DNA of 63,601 nt, counting the filler, from Ministeria vibrans ATCC 50519 (lineage: Eukaryota; Protista; Filasterea), in NCBI GenBank assembly GCA_943704425.1. It is 5 parts of 5 records of this genome, joined end to end, with 100 filler letters (N's around TTAATTAATTAA, not from the genome) between each part and the next. Parts side by side here need not be neighbours in the genome. Positions count along the whole stretch, not along the records: positions 20,282 to 47,019 come from CALSCP010002020.1; 4 more parts are not named here. One strand, given 5' to 3'. The notes under the pieces were generated by a model that saw only the letters and a list, made by a program, of their open reading frames with translations, had not been told where the DNA came from and did no database searches. The translations under genes and the position numbers were made by a program. Shown one piece after another: positions 30,501-42,403 of the stretch (the stretch's first letter is position 1; each line of letters starts with the position of its first letter).

Positions 30501-33500
30501 TTGGTAATGGTATTGCCGTTGACTCGTCCATTGGCTACGCGTACATTACAGGAGCCATCCAGGGTGCTACCATTGATGGTCTCTTCATCACCCTCGGCTC
30601 GCACGCCGGCAACACGATCAGTACCGAGATTGACACGGACGGTGGCAACACCATTGGCTACTCCATCGCGGTCGACCTTGCTTCCCACTCGGTCTACCGT
30701 GCCTCGACGGTCCAAGCAAATACGCCTCCCATCTACGAAAACACCAAACTCCAGTCGACGTGCATTCTTTCCGAATTTACCAGCCAATGCGCGTGCTCTT
30801 CGCCTTACCGCTCGTCCGCCTGCGAGAATACCCCTTGCACCCCGACCAATCCCTGTGCGAACGGTGGCACCTGCGAACCCGTTGACTCAGCCCTGTTCAT
30901 TTGCCACTGCGATCGCGATCCCGAATACGGCGGCAAATACTGCACCGACTCAACATGTCCGTCGTGCAACGCCGGCGTATGCTTTGCTCCCCGTTCGACC
31001 AGCGTCGCCACAACTTCACCTCTTTGGACAAGTGCCACCAGTGGCACCGGTCTCCGCACCAACAGCCACATCTTGGCAGGCAATGGCTTGGACAATCTCT
31101 TGTTTGCCGCCGAAATCGACGGCTCTACTTCATTTGCCAATATCAACGCGGACGGCGAGAGCACTGTCGTCTGGGGCTACCTCAGTACGACCAGCGGCAC
31201 TCTGGGCACACTTTTCACGCCCGACCTTCCATCCGCTACCGACGTCACTCTCGTCGACGTTATCCTGGCGAGTGCAGTTCTCTCTGATTTCGCCTACTTT
31301 GTCGTGCTACAGACGTCCTCCGACTCGATTTTCTTGGAGCTTGACGTTGACTTACAAGTGACCACTGAATTTCAAATGTAAGAGCAAACTCCAAGTTCGC
31401 TGTTCGTGTGTTCTCATTGTTTTTCATGTGGATTGTAGTCCTCTCCGTGTCACTGCCATCGATTCGGCTTTGTTCAACTTTATCCTCTGGGGAACTTCTT
31501 CAGGTAGCACGAAAACATTTTCCCAAACAACCCCTCCTCAAAACTCTCTCACAGACTCACTCACACACACACACCCACTTACACACACTCACTCACCCCT
31601 TCTCTTACACATTCAACAAACTTTTTCACTCACGCACTCGCACGCACTCGCTATTTGTAGTGGACGTGTACGGTGAAACGAATCAAGGCGGTGACGACTC
31701 CTACGTGGTGCTCATGTCCCCGATTTCCGGTTTCGTGAGCACCATTCCAATTTTTTCCCCGTCGGGTGGCTCCGACTCTGTCCGTGTGTCGACCTTTCTT
31801 TGGCAGTCGCAGATGTCGTATGCGGCGGGAATCACCAACGGTGATCTGGGCGGCGCTCACGTGGGCCTCAACGACATCTTTGTTGTGCAGTACTCGCGCA
31901 CACAAGATGCTATTGTTGCCTTGGGTCATGTAGGGAGCACTGGCGAGGATGTGTGCACGAGTATTGTCCTACATGGCACTGTAGGCACTGTCTTTGTCGC
32001 TGGCTACACTACCGGAGATTTCCCTGCCTTTGGCCAGAGCTCCATGGGCGTACAGTCGGCTCTCTTGGTCACCTTCACCGACACGCTGCAGCTTGTCGAT
32101 GTAAAAGTGTTCTCGGGCAGTGGCAGCACCAGCAGCATGCACGCGGTCAGCCTCGTCGTCGACCCCTCGTGGCATCTGCTCTACATGGCCGCTTCGATCG
32201 TAAACAACACTGCAAATCCCTCAAGCGAATCGGCCATTGTGTATCAGCTGAATGCGGTGACGAGCGAACTGCTGGGTCAGACAGTTCACTACGAAGACCC
32301 ACTCGACCTCGACTATTACCGCGTGGGCAATCTCTTCCTGGACACACTCACCCACGATCTCTATCAAGTGGGTACGTTGGGTCACGACACCCTCGCCCAG
32401 TTTGTTGTTAAACCCACTTTCAATTTGAGCGACATCGACACGGGCAACGCCAGTTGTGCCTGCCCCCCGAATTCCTCTGGCGACCAATGCGAAGTGAACG
32501 CATGCGACACACAGCCGTGTTTTCACGGCGGTACATGTGTGCCGGTCCTCACGTCGTACACTTGCACGTGCGCCGAAGGTCTCTACGGCGATAACTGCGA
32601 GTACTCGACACTATGTGGTCTCTGCGGTGCGGTCGAGTGCATTACGGCGCGCAACTGCACCAATCCAGTCGATGCGCTTCTTTTCGTCAAGTCCGTCAGT
32701 GTGCCCCTGGGCAAGCCTCGTGCGCAAATTATTTGGTCAGACACCGCCGAGGACGTTCTCTTCTTTGCCGGCAACATTAAGGAGGACGAGGTCTGGCCCT
32801 CCATTGGCAAGGCCTCACACGACAGCGTCGTCTGCAGTCTCATGGACGCTTCCTCCGGCTCCCTTCAGAAGAGTACTTACCTTCCCGAGTCCGATATTCA
32901 CCAGATCGTCAACACTGTCCGTCGAACCATTGCCGGAGTCTCCACCTACTACGTCCTCTCAGCATACGGCGTGGCTGCCGTCGCCGCTCGCATCGACATT
33001 CTAGATGAAACTCTTGATGAGCTCAACTCTCTCACTTTGTACGTCAACCTCATAATAATTTGCCCTTCCTTATTCTGTTGCATAGGTCGCCAACTGGAGG
33101 ATTCTACGCCACCGATATCTTCTACAACTCAGCTGAGGATCGTTTAGTTTTGTTTGCGTATTCAACAGGTCTATTTTAACAACCAGAGAGAGAAAAAAAA
33201 ATTGCCCACTCATGCATTTTCCTTTATATTCAGCCAACGCTGTGTATGGTATTGGAAACAATGGCGGAGAAGACGCGTATATGCTGATCATCGAACCGGG
33301 GACCCTGGCCATTTCGACGATTCTCAACTTTTACTCTGCATCGGGTGACGATGACCGGCTGCACCACGGAGTGGTCGATGAGACTTCCGAGTACATCTAT
33401 GGCGCTGGTGATACCTTTGGGGATTTGGGTGGCGCTGCATTGGGCGCATCCGATGTGTTTGTGGTGAAGATGCATGCGTTGAATGGATCGCAGGTTGCCA

Positions 33501-36500
33501 TTGCCAAGGTTGCGTCGACACAGATGGATAGCGCGTCGGCTATAGCTGTCGACACTGTCGCAGGCTTTGTCTTTGTTACCCTTACTTCGTTGGGTGACTT
33601 TCCTCAGTTTGGCTTTGAGTCGCTGCCCAATCAGATGAACGCCTATTTGGCCATCTTCACGTCAGTCGATCTTACTTTGGTGGGTCTGAAACGGTCCATT
33701 TTCGAGCGGGGTGGCTCACAGGCACTGGCGCTCGATATTGACCACACACTCCATGTGGTCTACATGGCCACGCTTCGCACTGACGAGAGTACCAACGTCT
33801 CACACAGTGCTATACTTCAGTACAGCACGCTGACTGGGACGTTGACCTCGGAGGAAAGTTACTTTGACGACGATAACACCGTTGGCTACGTCATTGTCGA
33901 CGTGTTGGCAAACACGGTGAGCAAGACATTCATTGAGGTGGGCTTGAACTACATCCCTATCACGTTTGAAACCGAGTACTACTTCTCGGAGGAGTGTCAA
34001 GTTCCCGATTTGTACGAGACCAATCAGTGTTTCTGTCCCTTGGGCACCTCCGGAGCCTTGTGTGAGGTGGACGCTTGCAGTTCCAACCCCTGTCTCAATG
34101 GTGCCACTTGTGTCGCCGACTTGGGCTTGTTTACTTGTATTTGCTCGGCGTCGCACACGGGTGCCCTCTGCGACGAGTGTTTTGGCTGCGGCGAAGCCAC
34201 TTGTGCCGACCTACGCTCGTGTAGCAACTCCTCCGCGGCACCTCTTTGGGTCAGCACGACAGCCAACACCGGCCTTCGCAACAGCCTTGCGCGTCTCCAA
34301 CGCGGCATCAACGCTAGCGAACTCTTTTTTGCCGGTAGTATTGCGAATGGTGTGAGCTGGTACGACGACACCCCCGCCTCGCAAACGTCCACCGTTTACG
34401 CCTTTATTGATTCCGTCACTGGCACACCCACATCGACGGGCCGCATTTTCTCGCCCACGTACCACACGCTCCAAAGCATTGCTGTGCGCTCCGTTGCCTC
34501 CACCGCCCGCTACTACATTCTTTCTCAGTTGTTCACGGGTCCTCACTCGATTCAAATTGACGTTCTTGACACAAACCATGCTTTTGTCGAGACCCGCCCA
34601 TTGTAAGGCAGTATCCCAAGGTCCCAAGACAAGACATGTCCACTCACTCTCTCTCTCTTTCTGTTTCTTTTTGTTTGTTTTTTGTTATAGTTCCGACACT
34701 GGTGCAATCTTTGGCAGTCGAATTTTGTACAATTTCGAGCGAGATGAGATCATTCTTCTTCTCTCGTCAGACAGTATGGAAACAACAACGGAACAAAAGA
34801 CTATAGACTTCAAATAATACTAATAATTAATAATTATTTTGTTTTCTTCTTTCATTTTTTAGCGGCCAACTTTGAGGGCTTCTCAAATCAGGGCGGAACC
34901 GACGCGTACATTTTGACCATGGACGCGTTGACGTTTGTGAGTAGTCGGACGCAGTCGCTGCATTCGGATGCGGATGACTCGTTCAAAGCGGCGTGTCTGG
35001 ATGAGACGTCGACCTATCTGTATGTGGCGGGTGTTACCATGGGCGATTTGGGCGGTGCTCATGTGTCGTCGACGGACTCGTATGTAGCCAAGTTGCATGC
35101 GGGGAATTTGACAGTGATGGCCACGACCAAGTTTGCGGGACAGTCAACGGATTTTCCCGAGGATATTGTGGTGGACTCGACGACGGGACTTGTCTTTGTG
35201 GTGGGCACAACCTACGGTGACTATCCCGACTTTGGACTGATGGTGGACAACCAGCGAGCGGCAACGCTTGCCATTTTTTCGTTGGACTTGAAACTTCTCG
35301 AGGTGAAATTTCCCATTAGCTTTGGTGTGTCGCGTGGCGTTGCCATTGACATTGATCCAATCTTGCACATTGCGTACATTGCTGCGTCGCACACGAGCAA
35401 CGATCAGGACTACACAACGGAGCACGGCGTTGTCGTGCAGATGAGCACGGCAAACGGTAACATTCTCGGGCAGACGACACATCGTGATGACGTACCCGAC
35501 ATGCTGTACTACCGCATCTGTGACGTGGTTGCCAACAGCGACGAGCACACAGTCCATCAGATGGGCGTCTACGGTCTCAACGCGATGGCCGACTTTGAAA
35601 TGACCACCGAGTGTCGTTCGTCGGCGGCTCAGGAGAATCTCTCGTGTGTGTGTCCTTGGGGCACCAGTGGCGACGCATGCGAGGTGAGTTCCTGCAGTTC
35701 GAGTCCGTGCCAGGGTCCGAGCAGCAACTGTTCCGACAACTATGGTGACTACGTGTGCTCTTGTGGCACAGGCTACACCGGCACCCAATGTGAGATCTCC
35801 GCTTGTGATTTGGGTGTCTGTGGTGTCAATGCGGTATCGTGTGCCATGAACGTTGACGGCTCATTTATGTGCCAGTGCGACGCGTTGCACACGGGCAACT
35901 TGTGCCAACACTCCGCATGCTCATCAGACTGTGGTGCTGGCGAGTGTTCAACGCCACAGTTCTGCAACGACACGGATGGCGGGGCGGCTGCATCACTGTG
36001 GACGAGCGAGTCTACAGGCAACGTATTTCGTGGACCCAGTCGCATCATTGAGGGTGCGCAACCCAACCAAGTGTTTCTCTTTGGTACCATGCAAGCCGGT
36101 GGTGAATGGTTTGATACTGCCGTTGCGACCCACCGGAGCGTTGTGTACGCACTCTTTGATTCGCAAACCGGCGCAACCATTGGCTCAAGTCGCATGAACG
36201 CCTCTGGCCTTGCCTCCATCGACTGCGACATTGCCGATTGTGTCCTGCAGAACAGTTCTAGTAACTACTATCTTCTTGCGCGTGCCCAGACCGACGGTTT
36301 CATTGCCATCCTCAGCGGCGTGACGCTCAACACCATTAGCATCAAATTCTTGTATGTGAAGAGAGGGAGAGACGGAGAGGGAGAAAAATGTATTAATGAC
36401 GGTTGTCCTTTCATCTTTTAGTACTTCTGCTGAGATGGTCAGCTTGGAAGTGCACAATCTGATGTACAATCCCAATGAGAATATTTTCCTCATGACCGTT

Positions 36501-39500
36501 TCCACTCAAGGTACACACCACCCTCAATTATGAAACATTCTAACGCGCTGTTTTTTTTGTTTTAAATGTTTTCTTTTTGCATAGCGACAAACTATGAGGG
36601 AAAGATCAATCAAGGAGGATACGACGCGTACGTCCTTGCGCTGGCTCCAGTGTCGCTGAGCATTGTTGGAGTGACGCAAGTTTACTCGAGCGACGGATAC
36701 GATGATAAGTTTGCGACGGCGTGTCTGGATGAGGCGGGTGTGTATGCGTATGCGGCAGGAACGACACGGGGTGATCTGGGCGGTGTTCAGGCTGGCGTAG
36801 AGAATGTGTTTGTGGTCAAGCTGCACGCTGTGAATGGATCTGTCGCGACGCTTGGCAAAGTGGGATCGACTGCGTTTGATGTGACGACTGGTGTGGCTGT
36901 CGACACGTCAAGTGGACTGCTGTTTGTGTCGGGTCACTCGACGGGCTCCTTCCCTGCCTTTGGCCTTGTCGCCACGGGCAGTCCCACGGCCATGCTTGCC
37001 ATCTTTTCTGTCCACTCCCTCCAACTTCTTGACGTGCAACTCATGGTGGGTTCGACGCAAAGTCGCGGTGTTTCCTTGGCTGTCGATCATGCACTTCACA
37101 CAGTTTTTCTTGCCACGGTGCAATGGCCTGACCTCGCGGACGATCAAACTCAATACGGTCGCCTTTACCAGTTGAGCAGTGTAAGTGGCGTGGAGAGGGG
37201 CCACGTGGACTTTTCAAGCGACCAAACTGACGGCGAGTACTACCTGTTGAGCGATGTGCTTGTCGACAGCATGCACCACACTGTGCTGCACACGGGAAGT
37301 CGTGGCAATGTGAGCGCACCTGGACAAATCACGGTGTCAACCATGTGCCAGGAGGAATATCGCTCGATCGCGTTGGCCCAGTGTGTCTGTCCATTCGGGC
37401 TAAGTGGCACTGCCTGCGAACTGGATGTGTGTCACACAAGTCCCTGTAGCAACAATGGCACGTGTACGTCCACGGTTTACAACCTGTACACATGCGAGTG
37501 TGCCACGGGTTACTTTGGCGAAGGTTGCGAAGAGTCGCTGTGCGACATGAACCCGTGTAGTGCTGGTGCGGTGTGCACTATTGGAGGCCGCACACCCGAA
37601 GACTTGTTTACCTGCACGTGTGCGTCGGGCTCGTCCGATCCCACGTGCTACGCAGCCGATTGTGCCGATATTACGTGTGGTCCGGGTACATGCAGTCATC
37701 TGTCGACATGCAGCAATATTGGCAATGTGACCGACTTGAACATTGGGAGGCAGCCTGGCAATGGGCCGTACAACGACCCTCTCGCGTCCGTTCGCACCTT
37801 TGTCACCAGTGACGAACGCCTCTTTGTCGCCACCTCCGTCGCGCCTGGCTCGGTGTGGTACACTCAGCCCGCGTCTTCTGTGTCTACAGTGGTTTGGTCG
37901 CTACTGGACAGCCACAACGGCGACCACATTGAGTCGCACACAATCGTCGTGGGTGATCCTTCAAACGCGACACTGCACGACGCCACGCCAGACCCCACCA
38001 ATCCAAACGAGTTTTTCCTCTGTGGCTCACTCGCCCAACAAGATTCTACCTCCACCTCCTCCTTTGTCTACCTCTCCTCTTTGAACACCACTCTCATTCT
38101 TGACCAGGCTCTTGGAGGCACTTCGCGCGCTCAAAGTATCGCCTACGAACCCCTCTCCAAAATGCTCTTCATTGCCATCAACTCCAAAAGTACGGACAAA
38201 ATTGCGTTAAATTTGTGTAGACATGGCTTAACATTAATAAATTTGTTTTTGTGTGTGCACTTGTTAATTTTATAGATGGAAATTTTACTGGAATGGACAC
38301 AGATGGCAGCTGGAATATTGTTGTGGTGGCGTACAACACCAGTCGGCGGGCGGAGGAGCAGGTGTGGATGATTGGCACGAATGGAACGGACCAGTTAGTG
38401 AGTGGGGTGGCACTTGCGCCGGACGGCACGTCGCTGTATGTGCTCGGCACTAGCAATGGTGCCATTGACGGTCTTGAGAATGCGGGTGGAAGAGATATAA
38501 TTGTGTATCATTTGGACGCGCAGACGGGCGTGACACTAAACAAGCGAGTGTTTGGAAGCAATGCAAATGATGAGGCGGGCGACCTTGCAGTGGATGCCAC
38601 GAGTGGCGATGTATACATCTTGGGCACTTCAGCAGCGTCGTTTCCCGCGTACGGTGTGTATGGCACGGGCACGCCAAAAGCTGTTCGCATCAAGACGGAT
38701 GCAAAGCTCAACGTGCCAAGCCTGTATTTGTTAAGTGCTCTCGGAATGTTGACCCAAGGGCACTCGATCATGATTGACACCACACTGCGCACTCTCTCGT
38801 ACGGACTGCTGGGCATTCCTTGGTCGGGCAGCAACTCGGTTGTTGTGAGTGTCTTTGATCTTTCCACCGATACCTATCTGGACCAACTTGTCGTGTCGAC
38901 ACCTGCCCACTCGTTTCATGCCATCACTGTGAATCCCCAAACGCACGCCATCTACACAGTGTATGATCGACAGGACTTGACAACTCAGACCCTGCTGCGG
39001 ATGGAAATGTTCTGTCCCGCACAGGCTGTCGAGTCCATGTGCTTGTGTCCGCCAATGCTGGGCGGACCGAATTGCAGTGAGCCAATTGTGTGTCTCAACG
39101 GCGGTGCGTTTGTGGATGACGTGTGTGAGTGCACGCTTGTCTTCGAAGGTGCACAATGTGAGCTGGTAAAGAGCACCGCGGCGGTGTTTTTGGCCCTGCC
39201 GTCGAATCCTGATGACAAGGCTGCGGCCCTTATTGATGCTCTTGTCAATGCGACCACTATCAATAACGAGACGCTCACTGTGTTTGCCGAGGTGTTTTCC
39301 AACTTGACGACCGACACTCTCAGCTCAATATCGACTGCCTCGCTGCTCACGGTCATGACTAATCTTGTTGAGGGACTGCCTGATTTGTCCGAGGCCTTGC
39401 CTGCGACGCTGGGGCAATTTGCAGATACGTTTGACACATTACGCACTCTTGATACTCTTTCCGATGTGCTTCGTGCACCTGAGCGGCCAACACCCGCTCT

Positions 39501-42010
39501 CTTGCTCGAGTCTGTGTCTAAAGCAACCGTACGACTGCCGAACGCGTCTGAACCGACCTCGTCGTCCTGTGGACAGATTCGACGTGTGCAGTCGAACAGT
39601 GGTGCGTTGGCGATGTCGGCTGTGTCATTGGAGCGTGCCACGACCGACACGCTTTTGATGACACTGCAGAGCGGCGGTCCGTCCTCGGGCGTGACACTGT
39701 CGCTGTCGTCGTCCACCTCCGATGCCGTGTTTGAGTCAGGGAGCAACTGCACGCGACTCGTGATCAACACGTTGCAGTCGAGCGACACTTTCTTTCAGCC
39801 GTCAGTGCGCGCTGTGCGCAGCGCCATTGCGACAGCGACCTTTGTCGATGTGTCGCTGCCAAACCCTTTGCCACACAATGGCACGGTGAGCGTGGTCTTT
39901 GATGTGGCACGCAATGCGGACGTGGACGGGCCTGAGCCGACGTGTGTTGCGTGGAATCTAACCAGTCGTGAGTGGGACGCCAGTGGCTGCAGCTTGGTTG
40001 CGTACGAAGGCACAAATGTGACTTGCACGTGCGCTCATATGACAAATTTTGCTGTCGTCTTTGACCCATACCGCCCCGAATCAAGCACGACGGCGGTGCT
40101 CACAGCCGTGTCGTACGTCGGCGTTGCGCTGGCCATTTTCGGCAGTGCTTCGGTGCTGTTTGTGTACGGGTCGCTTCGGAAGCTGCGCACGCGACCGCTC
40201 GTGCTCATCATGTTGTGCTGTGCTGGCATTCTCGCCACCGAGACGATGTTTGTCGTGGACGCAGTGAGCTCGGGCGCATCATCACTGGGCCGTGGAGGGT
40301 GCTTCGCGCTCGGTTTGCTGTTGCACTACGCCATGCTTATGCAGTTTGTGGCCCTGCTCATGGTTGGCGCGGGCTTCCACTATCTTCTTCACGACGCCAA
40401 GCACCTCACTGCGCCCATCATTTGGCGTCTGGTTTTGATTGTGTTTGCTGTGCCCTTTGTGCTCATTGCAGTCTATGTTGTGGTGTATGCCGTATCGCCT
40501 TCGCTGAACACACTCGATGCGTATGTCAATGTGTTGAGTGGCAGCAGCAATGCGACCACTGCCTTTTGCTTTGTGCCCAGTGGCGTGTCGATGTGGGTGA
40601 CGGTGGTGGCGCCTGTGGCGATTGTTCTTCTTACGAACATTGTGCTCTACATACGCATTACGCTGTCGATGCGACGTCAACAGAAATTGGTTCCTGAGCG
40701 TGCGCGCTCCAGTCGCGTTGGTGTGTTCATCTCACTTGCGGTGCTGTTGGGCGTCACCTGGCTGTTTGCCTTCCTTGTCATAGCGATTCGCTCGGTGGTA
40801 GTTCAGTATGTCTTTGTCGTGTGCAACGGCTTCCTGGGCGTCTTCCTCTTTGTAAAGTACGTGACGTTGCCCAAGGTACGCCATGGCTTCCGTGAGCTTA
40901 TTTCCACCTGGCGACGCGGTGCGTCCACGTCCAAGACACTCTCGAAGACGAGCAAGAGCACTGGTGGTGGTAGGCGCGGCCGCCGTGGTGGTGGTGGTAG
41001 TGGAAGCACCCCATCGTTGCCCATGTACACTCCTGGTCGCATTCACAACAACAAAAATGGCAGCAGCAATGACAACCTCAACCATACGACGACCGCTTTA
41101 TCTTCGAGTGGACGCGGTGGCGAGCGACGTCTGAGTGATGACGAGTCGGTCTCAAGTGGAGTACTTTCGCCCATGATGGGCCGTCGTGCCGGTGATGGCA
41201 GCAGCAGCGCAAGAAGCACCCCATCATCACCAACGATGCTTTCGCCGCTTGCGCGATCCTCGCGTGGCCGCACGAAAGTTGGTAGCTCGGCCATGTCGGT
41301 TATGCTGCCGCTGCGCATGCCCAAGGGCCGTGCACCAGCCAGCTCGTCGTTCTCATCGGGCGACCGCCCTGCCCGACCCGAGCACACTTCGAGCGAAAGT
41401 GGACACACAAACAGTCTCTCAAGTGCCAAGGGTAGCAAGAAGACGCGCCAGTCGCAAATGACTTCCATTCACGCCGTACACACCTTGGCTTCGATGTCTT
41501 CGGACGGCTCCGAGTGGATCGGCTGCTGGGACGACCCTTCAGCTTCCCATAGCGGCGCTGACGGCCTCTCGATGACCTTGCGCTCGCTCGCCAACTCGAC
41601 TGGTCCAAATTGTTCCGGACTCTTCTCTGACGTGGCCGACGACGAGATAATTGAGATGGATGGCGATATGTCAAAGCAGTACGCAACAACAATACCAACT
41701 ACTATTTATGTACAATTATTGACCTCATTAATTGTGATTGTGTGTGTTTTGTAGGCTGATTTATTCTCGTGTTGATTCACCGTTGACCTTTTCACGAAGT
41801 TTCGCGGTTGGACAAGATCCACTTGACGACAGTCGTAAGTGTGTTTGTTATATTATTCCAATGGTATATGAATTGAGTGGTGTATGATCTGTTTTAGAAA
41901 ATTCGTCGTGGATCTTTGACGGTGGCGCTAGTAGTCGTGCGATACTGTCACCGTCTGGGCCGCACCTTGTCTTTGATGGTTGGGTGGACGATTCAAGTGA
42001 AGCACTGTAA
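27532..42010 (+). CDS. Giant adhesion GPCR: signal peptide, seven (SBBP-like beta-propeller + EGF) modules, GAIN/GPS, 7TM family 2, Ser-rich tail; roughly 4000 aa, many exons
   Basis: MLLYLAPLVALTCLLS signal; repeated GGxDAYV / YxAGxTxGDLGG..GxxDxFVxK blades; EGF CxNGGTC...CxC..GY.G..C; GPS CVAWNLTSREWDASGC..TCTCAHMTNFAVVF; seven TMs including LLHYAML, AFCFV, LLGVTWLF, NGFLGVFLF. Exons joinable by short GT-AG introns. Confidence 0.85.
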
Positions 42011-42403
42011 AATGTATACTTTGTACCGTTTGTTTGTTTGTTTTGTGATCGTTTTGAATCAGTCAATATGTCAAGACAATCTGGAATACATTGTCAATGA
42101 AATGAAAATTCATTGATAATGTATTTACTCTACCGACTACTCTTCTTTGACATAGTTAGTTAATTTGAGGGAAGCTGTAAACAAAGGATAAGAAAGAGGA
42201 AGAAATGACAATGACTCTGTGAATCTAATCTAAAAATAATTGAAATGAATTTTATTCATATTGTTTTTTCCCGGACTAGTTCCTTCGACACACACGTGCG
42301 CCTACCACATCCGTGAGATTTGGTGTCGCCTTGTTTTGTGTGAATGCGCACAAAAGTTCATCCTTTAGCAGACGACAACAGAAACCACTCAGAAACTGCC
42401 GAG

